Of a stretch of 19,448 bases of DNA, positions 8,918-16,907 are shown piece after piece. The notes under the pieces are model-generated. The model was not told the origin of the DNA. It worked only from the letters and a program-made list of their open reading frames with translations, and did not search any database. Source of the DNA: a bacterium (GTDB taxonomy: Bacteria > Electryoneota > Electryoneia > Electryoneales > Electryoneaceae). Location: contig JAZDLX010000149.1 of NCBI GenBank assembly GCA_043801585.1, positions 1-19,448 of the forward strand. The letters are read 5' to 3'. Each line of letters starts with the position of its first letter. Position 1 is the first letter of the stretch. The translations under genes were made by a program, and so were the position numbers.

Positions 8918-9736
8918 TTATTCGGTTGGACGAGTCGAATGAAGCCGGGCGTTGTCGAGGTCGATGTAATAGACCGTCCCGTCCGAAAGAGTCATCACCG
9001 CCACGTTTGTTCCGTCGAAAGTGATCGTAAAGCTAAGCTCCACAGTTACTTCCCGTTGATTGTCGGAAGCTGTTGCGATACGGTGGCGGTACGCTGTCAC
9101 CGCGACTTCACCTGTGAGCGGATAGGGGTTGCCACGTTCGATCTGCAGGTCACTCACCGTCCAGGTGTAGTTGCCTTCGAAACTGCGAGTTCTGGAAGAA
9201 TCCATACTGACGAACGAGCTGGTCACCTCGCGAGCGCCCTCGCCGTTCAACGTGCGAACCGTATCCGTGGGCGCAATGTCCGTAATTCGGGTACTGTCCG
9301 TGTGCAGGAGAGTTACAGTGCGAGTCTCCATCCTGTTCGTCCGGGTGCCCTCGATGGTCAGCATTCTGTCCATGGCGACCGTGGTTTCGGGATCGTACCG
9401 GTTGGACGCGTTGCCATCAGCATCGTAAAAAATCCGAATCCGTTCGATCGTCAGCGATCCTCGGTTCTGCTGCCCCGTATCCTGTACCGTGATGTACTCT
9501 GCGGTGCTGGAAACGGTCGAAGCCGAACTGGAGACCTGGATGTCCGTCCAGTCGGTCAGGAGTGCTTCGTCACCGTCCGCGAGCGTCGACGAGAAATCCT
9601 CTGCAATCACCGCGACATCCTCGCCGGTAATCTGATCATCCGTCGTCGCGGGGTTGTCGTTTTCGCTGCAACCGACGGCGACCAACGCTCCTGTCAGCAG
9701 GATCATCAAGAGTGGGCGTTTCAAGCGTTTCATCAT
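8918..9736 (-). CDS. Uncharacterised lipoprotein (Thr/Asp-rich, predicted beta-rich), about 272 aa
   Basis: MMKRLKRPLLMILLTGALVAVG-C gives a basic n-region, hydrophobic h-region and lipobox Cys. SD GGAGGA precedes ATGATG at 9736/9733. Confidence 0.85.
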   Translation of the reverse strand: MMKRLKRPLLMILLTGALVAVGCSENDNPATTDDQITGEDVAVIAEDFSSTLADGDEALLTDWTDIQVSSSASTVSSTAEYITVQDTGQQNRGSLTIERIRIFYDADGNASNRYDPETTVAMDRMLTIEGTRTNRMETRTVTLLHTDSTRITDIAPTDTVRTLNGEGAREVTSSFVSMDSSRTRSFEGNYTWTVSDLQIERGNPYPLTGEVAVTAYRHRIATASDNQREVTVELSFTITFDGTNVAVMTLSDGTVYYIDLDNARLHSTRPTE

Positions 9737-9805
9737 CCTATCCTCCGTTGTGGGTAAGGCGCCTTGTCTTTTGGGCAATTGCCCTTTTCGTTTGGTCGGA
9801 GGAAT

Positions 9806-9822
9806 TGCAGAAGGCGTGCCAA
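9806..9822 (-). promoter_or_regulatory. sigma54 (RpoN) -24/-12 promoter of the lipoprotein gene
   Basis: Minus strand TTGGCACGCCTTCTGCA has GG-N10-GC spacing and nearly matches TGGCACG-N4-TTGCW. It lies about 70 nt upstream of the start codon. Confidence 0.8.
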
Positions 9823-9875
9823 GAGAATGTGCATGCTTGATTATTCCTTTATTGTTGAGTCTTTACGAAAACTTT

Positions 9876-9913
9876 CGTGATGTTCATCACAGGGTTGTGT
9901 GATCGAGGTCACG
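9876..9913. promoter_or_regulatory. Tandem palindromic protein-binding sites (GTGA-N6-TCAC x2), putative upstream activator sequence
   Basis: CGTGA-tgttca-TCACA (9876-9891) and TGTGA-tcgagg-TCACG (9898-9913) are 22 bp apart centre-to-centre, at about -89 and -111 from the inferred sigma54 start site. Confidence 0.6.
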
Positions 9914-10075
9914 ATGAATTGCGGGGAGTTCGTCCAAATCGCCGAACACTTCGGCAGAGACGACGACGGACGGAAAAAGGGATACGTACTTTATTACTTC
10001 GAAAAAGGAGTACATCTCTTGTTGGTGTCATCACCAGAATGCCGTCAGGCGTTCGCGGTGATCTCCAAAGGGGGG

Positions 10076-10450
10076 TTACTCTTCTTCCCCAATCTGCAGG
10101 GCTTCGCCTTTCGTCGAGTCGAGCAACCGTTTCACGGAAAGGATACCGACCGGGGTGATGTAGAAGCGATGGTCGGGATGGAATCCGGTGGCGTAAGCGG
10201 CAAGGTTCGTGGAATCAAAATCCTCTTTCACCTGTCGAATCGTTTCGTCCTCCAGCAGCCCCGAGATCGCCTTCTTGACCTCCTCCGCATCGTACCTGAC
10301 GCCATCGGTCTGTTCCGAATCGGAGGCGATTTCAAGGATGATTCGCAAAGGAAGCGAGGTGTCCACAGAGACCGCGTTCCGATATCCGAGCAGGATCAAC
10401 AAATTCAGACGCAGTGCCTGGATGCGGGTGGTTTCATCCCCGCCGGACAT
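10076..10450 (-). CDS. Hypothetical 124-aa protein, possibly winged-helix
   Basis: Start overlaps the upstream stop (TGATG at 10452-10448). Helical pattern EEVKKAISGLLEDETI...FYITPVG resembles a wHTH recognition helix plus a Y-x-T-x-x-G wing. Confidence 0.7.
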   Translation of the reverse strand: MSGGDETTRIQALRLNLLILLGYRNAVSVDTSLPLRIILEIASDSEQTDGVRYDAEEVKKAISGLLEDETIRQVKEDFDSTNLAAYATGFHPDHRFYITPVGILSVKRLLDSTKGEALQIGEEE

Positions 10451-11793
10451 CAGAACCTGATTCCAACGGAAAAGTGTACAGCCGTGAATGAGGAGAACTG
10501 TTCAAACGATTCAACCCAGAACTGTTCCGGATTCTGGGTTGTGTCCACGGGATTCCACCAGGACTGGTCATCCGCAAGGGATTTCGAAAAGATCAGACTG
10601 ATCTGGGTGGTGACGATGCTGTGGATCGGTATTTCCAACCCGATGGTGGCCATCCATCCGATTTCATAGTTTGTGGAATAGGTCTCGCTCTCTCCGGAAT
10701 TCAAGGTCGTGGTGATCGAACGGTCCATCGCAACCAGTCCGACTCCGCCAAAGGGGCCGAATCCTGTATTCGCCAGCGAGAGGATGAGATCCGAATAGAC
10801 GACCCTTGCTTCTCCGCGGGGAGCGTCCGAGGATCCGTAATCCAGCCAGGTGCTCTCGTTGATCCCGCGGATCTTTCCGTTCCACATGTAAGCCCCAAAG
10901 CCGAGACGCCAGCCCGTGCCGAACTGGAGGGAACCGCCGAAACTCTCCCCGGTGCCCCAGGAAACGTCGGTGGTGAAACTTGACGACGCCTGTACAAGCG
11001 GGAAGCCGCCTGAAACGAACAGGCGCGTCTGGGGTTCACGGTAGCGTCTGCGGGATCTGCTGAAGGGATCGAGCTTCAGGGTCACTGTCAGAGTGTCATT
11101 TTCGGGAAGCAAGACGCGCTTATCCGTAGTGTTGTATCCGTTCCGTCTGGCCTCGACCGTATAGGTGATTCCACCCGGACGTTCGAGCTCCACGGGTGCG
11201 AAACCGATCGTCACGTCATCAACGATCACCGTGCTCGCCGGGGGATCCGTCCTGATGCGCAGCACACCCTTCTGACGGGTGAGTACGTTCACAAGTGAAA
11301 TGGACAGCGCACGCACCGTCTCGGTCAACTCCTCGACAGGTCCGGTGAATTCACGAGTATCGAGCGCCTCGATGGCACCGGTACCGACGTTTGCCGCCCT
11401 GAGTTCGACGATGTATTTCCGGCCGAGCCGATTCACACTGCCGGTGATCACCCGCTGGGCGCCGAGCACCTTCCCCATCTTGACCAGGCAGGTGACATCG
11501 TAGCAGCCCCCGGCCATCATGAATCCCTGTTCCTCGAGAACCGCTTCCGTGCGATCCCGGTCGATCAGCGTCAGCCGTCCACTCTGCAGAATTTCGGAAC
11601 GAACGATATTCGCCAGGGCTTCCCCCGTTCCAGCTTCCATCTCGTCGGAAAGTTTGAAGGAAATCACCGCAGCGGTCGGGTTGCCGTTCTGTGCAGCATG
11701 CACTGGAAGCGCAATGGATGCGGTCAACGCGATCAGTAACGCAGCGATCAGCGGAGAGTTCCAGCGGATATCGATTCTACGTGCACGATTCAC
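10450..11793 (-). CDS. Secreted PEGA-domain protein: CsgG/TolB-N-like alpha/beta domain, PEGA, putative C-terminal outer-membrane beta-barrel (paralogue 2)
   Basis: Signal peptide ending around VHA-AQ; LTLIDRDRTEAVLEEQ...C-x4-C..MGKVLGAQRVITGSV; PEGA motif GVLRIRTDPPASTVIVDD..IG.AP...Y.VEARRNGY; C-terminal HFSVGIRF with terminal Phe. GTG start at 11793 follows SD GGAGGA. Confidence 0.8.
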   Translation of the reverse strand: MNRARRIDIRWNSPLIAALLIALTASIALPVHAAQNGNPTAAVISFKLSDEMEAGTGEALANIVRSEILQSGRLTLIDRDRTEAVLEEQGFMMAGGCYDVTCLVKMGKVLGAQRVITGSVNRLGRKYIVELRAANVGTGAIEALDTREFTGPVEELTETVRALSISLVNVLTRQKGVLRIRTDPPASTVIVDDVTIGFAPVELERPGGITYTVEARRNGYNTTDKRVLLPENDTLTVTLKLDPFSRSRRRYREPQTRLFVSGGFPLVQASSSFTTDVSWGTGESFGGSLQFGTGWRLGFGAYMWNGKIRGINESTWLDYGSSDAPRGEARVVYSDLILSLANTGFGPFGGVGLVAMDRSITTTLNSGESETYSTNYEIGWMATIGLEIPIHSIVTTQISLIFSKSLADDQSWWNPVDTTQNPEQFWVESFEQFSSFTAVHFSVGIRF

Positions 11794-11848
11794 AGCATCC
11801 TCCCTGACGAATGTTCCAGCTCCAAAAAACAAATCGGTAACTCTCCCG

Positions 11849-13120
11849 TTACAGAATCATCCCGAATGTAAAACGCAGTGAAGAAAACGAACGCAACGAA
11901 TCGAATCCGTCTCTCCATATCTGATGCGGCTCTGTTGAATAATCATCGTTCGTCGGATTTTTCCCACCGGCAAAGACGTTCGCGAATACCGTTTCCAGGA
12001 AAAACCGGCCACTGATGGGGATATCGAGTCCAACAAGGAATATCCCGCCTATTTCCATATCGTTTTCCCAGGATTGGGTGCCACTCTCAAGGGTTACGGT
12101 CACTTTGCGCTGCAATGCCGCGAGACCCAATCCGAACAGGGGTGTGAATCTGTCGCCTAAGGGTGCGAAAATGATGGAAGCGCTGAGAACCATCGTCCAG
12201 CCTTCAGGTGCTTTGGTGGCGCCATAATCGCGCCAGATGGATTCATCGACGTTCAACACTTCCCGATGGGTAAACGCACTGAGTCCCACCCTGTAGGTGT
12301 CTCCGTACAGCATCATTGCCCCGATACTCACCTTGTTGCCGATGAACGGACTTTCCGCTTGGATGGGCAATCCGCCCCACAACAGGAGGCGGGTCGGGGT
12401 CTTGTAATGCTGCTGATCCAATCCAACGGTAGGCAGTGAGAGCGTGAGAGTGAGGGACACTGTATCACCCGCGACGACATGAACCTGGGTGTTCTTATCG
12501 CCATAACCACTGCGCACCGCTCTCACATGGTAATCGCCCGAGGGCAACTCGAGCTCCACCGGTGACAAACCGATGGGATTCCCGCCCAGGTAGATGGCGC
12601 TCTGTGTGGGGACCGTGGCGATCCTCAACCGTCCAACTTCCGCGAGGAAACCTCCGATGACCTCGCGTGTCATCCATTCGACCGTTGCAGCCAGATCGTC
12701 CTGGTTCTCAATCCTCTGCTGCCGTGCGGCCTCCATGTGAGCCTGAGCTACATTCGCCACGCGCAGGCTAAGAGAGTAAAAGCGTCCGACCGGCAGGATC
12801 CGAACACTGATGACTCGCAGCGCTCCCGCTCTTTTGCCAACATCTGTGAGACACGCGAGATCGAGGCATTGCTGGTCGACAAGTGCACTGTCCAGCTTCG
12901 AAATGACAACGGGTTCCAGTCCGGAGTCCTTGATTGTCCGCACTACAATTTCGGTGAATTTGTCCGTGTCGAGATAGGTTATTTCCGGAGCAGCTACAGG
13001 CAGGATGGCCACACGGATGCTGTCCAGCGGATCCATCTGCGCTTGGGCAGTGGATGCAAGAAGCAGAAAAACGGCAAGGTATCCGAATGCGCGGACAACA
13101 CTGGCAAGTCGTTTTATCAT
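11849..13120 (-). CDS. Secreted PEGA-domain protein with the same three-part architecture (paralogue 1)
   Basis: Signal peptide ending AQA-Q; CLDLAC...GKRAGALRVI; PEGA motif GRLRIATVPTQSAIYLGG.PIG.SP.ELELPSGDYHVRAVRSGY; beta-strand-like C-terminus LRFTFGMIL. Start overlaps the trmJ stop (ATGA). Confidence 0.8.
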   Translation of the reverse strand: MIKRLASVVRAFGYLAVFLLLASTAQAQMDPLDSIRVAILPVAAPEITYLDTDKFTEIVVRTIKDSGLEPVVISKLDSALVDQQCLDLACLTDVGKRAGALRVISVRILPVGRFYSLSLRVANVAQAHMEAARQQRIENQDDLAATVEWMTREVIGGFLAEVGRLRIATVPTQSAIYLGGNPIGLSPVELELPSGDYHVRAVRSGYGDKNTQVHVVAGDTVSLTLTLSLPTVGLDQQHYKTPTRLLLWGGLPIQAESPFIGNKVSIGAMMLYGDTYRVGLSAFTHREVLNVDESIWRDYGATKAPEGWTMVLSASIIFAPLGDRFTPLFGLGLAALQRKVTVTLESGTQSWENDMEIGGIFLVGLDIPISGRFFLETVFANVFAGGKNPTNDDYSTEPHQIWRDGFDSLRSFSSLRFTFGMIL

Positions 13121-13968
13121 ACCGTTTCTCCGTCTTTCGGACCATGCCGGCGAACATAGTTGTCCATCTGTGCGAAGAGTCCATGGAGAACCGCCACGTC
13201 ACGATCTTCGAGCAGTGCACGGTCGATCATCCGGCCCAACACGGTAAGGTATCCCTCAAAATCCGGCCGTGGAATCAATCCCGCAGAGACAACTGTTTTC
13301 GCGGCATGTTCGATAAGACGCTGGCGTTCGATCTTCGCCGCGGGGATCCAGGGGTATTTCGGCAACGGTCCGACCGCCGCCCGGGCGAGTTCACGACAGA
13401 CAAGCATCACCGATTGCGCAAGGTTCAGGGAGGGATAGGTCGTAACCATCGGAATGGTGGTCCACCAGTCCCCGAGCAGCAGCTCACTGTTGGTAAGCCC
13501 CCACTCTTCCCGTCCAAAAACCACCGCTACCGGGCCGTGCTCCGCCACCCCAAGAAGATGAGGTGCGACGCCATCGATGGGAAACACCGGTCTTGCTCGG
13601 CGGCGTCTCCTGGCTGTGGTCACCGCCACTGCTTTCATACCAGCGACAGCCTCGGCAAGTGTCGCGTACTCCTCCACCGCTTCGAGGACATCCCCCGCGC
13701 CAACGGCGAGCGCACGCGCCTTGCCACTTTGCCAGGTATCCGTGCCAACCACGATCAGCCTGCGCAACCCCATGGTTTTCAGCGCACGAGCCGCCGCACC
13801 TACATTTTCCGGACGGGCGGGTTCAACAAGCACGACCGCCACATTCCGCAACCGGTTGTCCGGGCTGAGTTGCCACCATCCATCCGGATTGGGCGGCCCC
13901 GAAAGATCCGGTGGATTGAGACGGATGCGTGCTGCACGGTGCCGTATCGCTGGTTTGCTGCGCTTCAT
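13117..13968 (-). CDS. trmJ: SPOUT RNA methyltransferase, TrmJ/LasT (TrmH group 1) family
   Basis: VVLVEPARPENVGAAARALKTMG, VVFGREEWGLTNSEL and TIP....YPSLNLAQSV are TrmJ motifs. Start moved to ATG 13968 (GGGGG-tttATG); the exact start is uncertain. Confidence 0.85.
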   Translation of the reverse strand: MKRSKPAIRHRAARIRLNPPDLSGPPNPDGWWQLSPDNRLRNVAVVLVEPARPENVGAAARALKTMGLRRLIVVGTDTWQSGKARALAVGAGDVLEAVEEYATLAEAVAGMKAVAVTTARRRRRARPVFPIDGVAPHLLGVAEHGPVAVVFGREEWGLTNSELLLGDWWTTIPMVTTYPSLNLAQSVMLVCRELARAAVGPLPKYPWIPAAKIERQRLIEHAAKTVVSAGLIPRPDFEGYLTVLGRMIDRALLEDRDVAVLHGLFAQMDNYVRRHGPKDGETV

Positions 13969-14112
13969 AAACCCCCGATCCTGGCTTTCTTCCGTTAAAA
14001 TAGAAACCTTGGGCCATGATAAGCATGTCGTGGAGCACCTTCCACAGGTGATGGAGCGCACAGGATCACCGCCCGAAAGGGTCTCCCAACGCTCATCGGA
14101 CCGTCAAGACGC

Positions 14113-14141
14113 TTGCACCCCACGTCCCCCCCTCATAGCTT
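14113..14141 (+). promoter_or_regulatory. sigma70-type promoter for ruvB-HXXEE-queA
   Basis: TTGCAC-N17-TAGCTT, about 48 nt upstream of the GTG start. Confidence 0.55.
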
Positions 14142-14151
14142 ATGCGGCAAC

Positions 14152-14169
14152 CCCTGACGCAAGTCAGGG
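14152..14169 (+). other. 5'-UTR hairpin with GNRA tetraloop
   Basis: CCCTGAC-GCAA-GTCAGGG, a perfect 7-bp stem between the putative promoter and the ruvB start. Confidence 0.55.
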
Positions 14170-14188
14170 AATCAACAGGGATGCCTCC

Positions 14189-15223
14189 GTGGACGAAGAG
14201 AACCGGCGGATTACCGCCCCCGACAGCCTGCCCGAAGATCGCGAACTGGACCGCTCGTTGCGGCCTCTCACCTTCGTGGACTTTGTCGGCCAGAAAAAGT
14301 TGAAGGGCAACCTCGAGGTCTTCGTTGCGGCGGCGCGCCAACGGCAGGGTGCGCTCGACCATTGCCTCTTCTATGGCCCTCCGGGTCTCGGCAAAACGAC
14401 GCTCGCAGGGATCCTCGCCAACGAGCTGGGAGTGCAAATGCACTCAACCAGCGGCCCGGTCCTCGAAAAAGCCGCCGACCTCGCCGGCCTGTTGACCAAC
14501 CTGCAGGAGCGGGATGTCCTGTTTATCGATGAGATCCACAGGCTGAACAAAGTCGTCGAGGAATACCTCTACACCGCGATGGAAGATTTCCGGCTCGACA
14601 TCCTGATCGATCGTGGACCGGCGGCGAAATCGGTGCAGTTGACTCTCCCACCGTTCACCCTGATCGGAGCGACAACACGCGCGGGACTGCTCACCGCCCC
14701 ATTGCGCGACCGTTTCGGAATCACCGGAAGACTCGATTACTACAGCGTTGAAGATATCGAGACCATCGTCAACCGGAACGCCAGCAAACTCGACGTACAC
14801 CTTGACGTGGAGGCCTCTGGCGAAGTGGCGCGCCGCAGTCGGGGAACCCCCCGTGTCGCCAACCGCCTGCTGCGGCGACTCCGCGATTTTGCCGAAGTGG
14901 AAGGCTCCGGAGTATTGACCGCCGCCATCGCACGCGACTCCATGACGCGGCTCGAGATTGACGAGCACGGCCTCGATGACATGGACAAACGCATCCTCGG
15001 CGCAATCGTCCACACCTACCGTGGCGGCCCCGTCGGTCTCTCAACTCTGGCCGTTACCGTCGGCGAGGATGCGGGGACAATCGAGGAGCTGTACGAGCCT
15101 TACCTGATCCAACAGGGGTTGATCCAGCGCACCTCACGGGGACGAATCGCCACCGCCACAGCGTTCGAGAGACTCGGCGCAGCGTACAAGTCGCCCGGTG
15201 AAAACCATCCACGGCTGTTGTGA
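14189..15223 (+). CDS. ruvB: Holliday junction branch migration helicase RuvB
   Basis: SLRPLTFVDFVGQ, Walker A GPPGLGKTT, LFIDEIHRL, GATTRAG, LRDRFG, SRGTPRVANRLL, GGPVG, EPYLIQ, RTSRGR. Likely start is GTG 14189; the 548-aa track ORF is over-extended. Confidence 0.97.
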   Translation: MDEENRRITAPDSLPEDRELDRSLRPLTFVDFVGQKKLKGNLEVFVAAARQRQGALDHCLFYGPPGLGKTTLAGILANELGVQMHSTSGPVLEKAADLAGLLTNLQERDVLFIDEIHRLNKVVEEYLYTAMEDFRLDILIDRGPAAKSVQLTLPPFTLIGATTRAGLLTAPLRDRFGITGRLDYYSVEDIETIVNRNASKLDVHLDVEASGEVARRSRGTPRVANRLLRRLRDFAEVEGSGVLTAAIARDSMTRLEIDEHGLDDMDKRILGAIVHTYRGGPVGLSTLAVTVGEDAGTIEELYEPYLIQQGLIQRTSRGRIATATAFERLGAAYKSPGENHPRLL

Positions 15224-15270
15224 CTGGCCGGAACCAGCGGCTCTCTTCTGCCAATATCAGGAATCCTCCC

Positions 15271-15744
15271 ATGACCACCTTTGATTGGCTGCTCACCGCT
15301 CTGCTGATTTCCTTTGTTCTGCACGTCGCGGAAGAGGAAATGACCGGATACCTCGAATGGAGCCGCCGGGCAATGGGGAAACTGGGCGTAGGAGTGACAA
15401 GGAGTTGGGCGAACACTCTGAACAGCATCGCTTTCGGCTTCGGCCTGTTCGTTGTTCTCCGGCAGACACTCCCCCTGTGGATGCGGCTCGGATTTGCGGG
15501 GCTGTTGCTGCTGAACGGGATCACCCACGTCGCCGGGATGGTCAGCTTTCGCAGGTACGTTCCAGGATCGTGGACCGGGCTTCTGTTCTTTCTTCCGTTG
15601 GGAGTGGCCGCTTATGCAACGGTGATCCATCAGGGAGCCGGAATCGTTCCCATTCTCCTGGGAAGCCTACTGGCGTTGGCGCTCGAAGCAATCCTGCCGG
15701 TGTCCGCGATGATTCGTGCACGCGGCGTTTACAGCAACGACTGA
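15271..15744 (+). CDS. HXXEE-domain integral membrane protein
   Basis: LHVAEEE motif after the first TM helix, NGITHV and RRYVPG.WTG motifs, several hydrophobic segments. ATG 15271 follows AGGA. Confidence 0.8.
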   Translation: MTTFDWLLTALLISFVLHVAEEEMTGYLEWSRRAMGKLGVGVTRSWANTLNSIAFGFGLFVVLRQTLPLWMRLGFAGLLLLNGITHVAGMVSFRRYVPGSWTGLLFFLPLGVAAYATVIHQGAGIVPILLGSLLALALEAILPVSAMIRARGVYSND

Positions 15745-15760
15745 CAGGGGAACACGTTCG

Positions 15761-16792
15761 ATGTCCGACAGGCGATCCGATTACCTCTACGATCTGCCCG
15801 AAGAGCTGATCGCTCAGAAACCCGCCGAACAGCGGGACGCCTCCCGTTTGCTCGTGCTGCACCGTGAGACGGGAGAGCGGGAACATCGAACCTTCCACGA
15901 TCTGACGGAATTCATGCGCGAAAACGACGTGCTGGTGATCAATGACACCCGTGTCATCCCCGCCCGTCTGATCGGACACCGTCCCACCGGAGGCGAGGTG
16001 GAACTGCTGCTGCTCGAACCACGAGGCGAAGGACGGTGGGAATGCCTCGCGAAACCGGCAAAACGGGTGAAAGCCGGATCCACCGTTGAACTCCCGGAAG
16101 GACGCTGTGCGGTGGTGGTCGAGGAGGGCGAGGAGGGACGCCGGATCGTCCGTTTTGAACCGGAGGACGGCTGGCGCGACTGGTTGGACCGTGCAGGATC
16201 GATGCCGCTCCCCCCTTACATCCGCCGCGACCCTGTCGACGAGGATCGGGAACGGTACCAGGCGGTGTACGCGGAACATGACGGCGCCGTCGCCGCCCCC
16301 ACCGCCGGACTGCATTTCACGCCGGCAACGTTCGTCGCGTTGACTGCCCGGGGAGTGAAAATCGCCCGCCTTACCCTGCACGTCGGGATTGGCACGTTTC
16401 GTCCTGTGATGGTTGAAAATGTCGCGGAGCACCTGATGGATGACGAACGGTACGAGGTTTCAGAAGCGGCGGCTCGGACCATCAACGAAGCGCGGAAGAA
16501 CGGCGGGCGGATTATCGCGGTGGGAACCACCTCGGTTCGCACGCTGGAGACGGTCAGTGACGAACGCGGAATCATTCACCCGGGTCACGGCGCGACGGGC
16601 ATTTTCATCCGCCCGCCCTACCGGTTCAAGGCGGTGGACGCCTTACTAACCAACTTCCACCTGCCCGGCAGCACGCTGATCATGCTCGTCTCGGCCTTCG
16701 CGGGGCGCGAACGGATTCTCGAGACGTATGCGGAGGCCGTGCGGGAACGTTACCGTTTCTTCTCATACGGCGACGCGATGCTGATTTTCTGA
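15761..16792 (+). CDS. queA: S-adenosylmethionine:tRNA ribosyltransferase-isomerase
   Basis: YDLPEELIAQKP, INDTRVIPAR, MPLPPYI, GAVAAPTAGLHFT, LHVGIGTFRP, AVGTTSVRTLE, TNFHLPGSTL, YRFFSYGDAMLI. Confidence 0.98.
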   Translation: MSDRRSDYLYDLPEELIAQKPAEQRDASRLLVLHRETGEREHRTFHDLTEFMRENDVLVINDTRVIPARLIGHRPTGGEVELLLLEPRGEGRWECLAKPAKRVKAGSTVELPEGRCAVVVEEGEEGRRIVRFEPEDGWRDWLDRAGSMPLPPYIRRDPVDEDRERYQAVYAEHDGAVAAPTAGLHFTPATFVALTARGVKIARLTLHVGIGTFRPVMVENVAEHLMDDERYEVSEAAARTINEARKNGGRIIAVGTTSVRTLETVSDERGIIHPGHGATGIFIRPPYRFKAVDALLTNFHLPGSTLIMLVSAFAGRERILETYAEAVRERYRFFSYGDAMLIF

Positions 16793-16807
16793 CAAAATGC
16801 ACCTGAA

Positions 16808-16907
16808 TAAATGTACCAGGTACAATTATTATCTCAGCTATTAGTAGTTTTATCCTCTTGTTATTATGATATTAACAACTAAGAATAATTGTACCTGGTA
16901 CAATTTA
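16808..16907. repeat. AT-rich long inverted repeat with nested 13-bp palindromes, between convergent genes
   Basis: TGTACCAGGTACAATTATT (16812-16830) is the exact reverse complement of AATAATTGTACCTGGTACA (16884-16902). The stem extends imperfectly inward (CTCAGCTATTAGTA / TATTAACAACTAAG) and outward (TAAA/TTTA). Confidence 0.9.

Noticed and set aside
9899..10669. 256-aa plus-strand ORF
   Set aside because: Mostly antisense to two translationally coupled minus-strand genes, starts inside the palindromic boxes, and has no recognisable domain.
13577..14188. 204-aa N-terminal extension of RuvB
   Set aside because: It overlaps trmJ antisense and the promoter region. RuvB homology begins near GTG 14189.
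15700..15760. preQ1 riboswitch before queA
   Set aside because: Only 16 nt separate the HXXEE stop from the queA start, and no preQ1 motif is visible.
16793..16907. CRISPR repeat or integron attC interpretation of the palindrome
   Set aside because: There are only two full copies, in inverted orientation, with no spacer array or cas genes. RYYYAAC/GTTRRRY ends are absent and there is no integrase.
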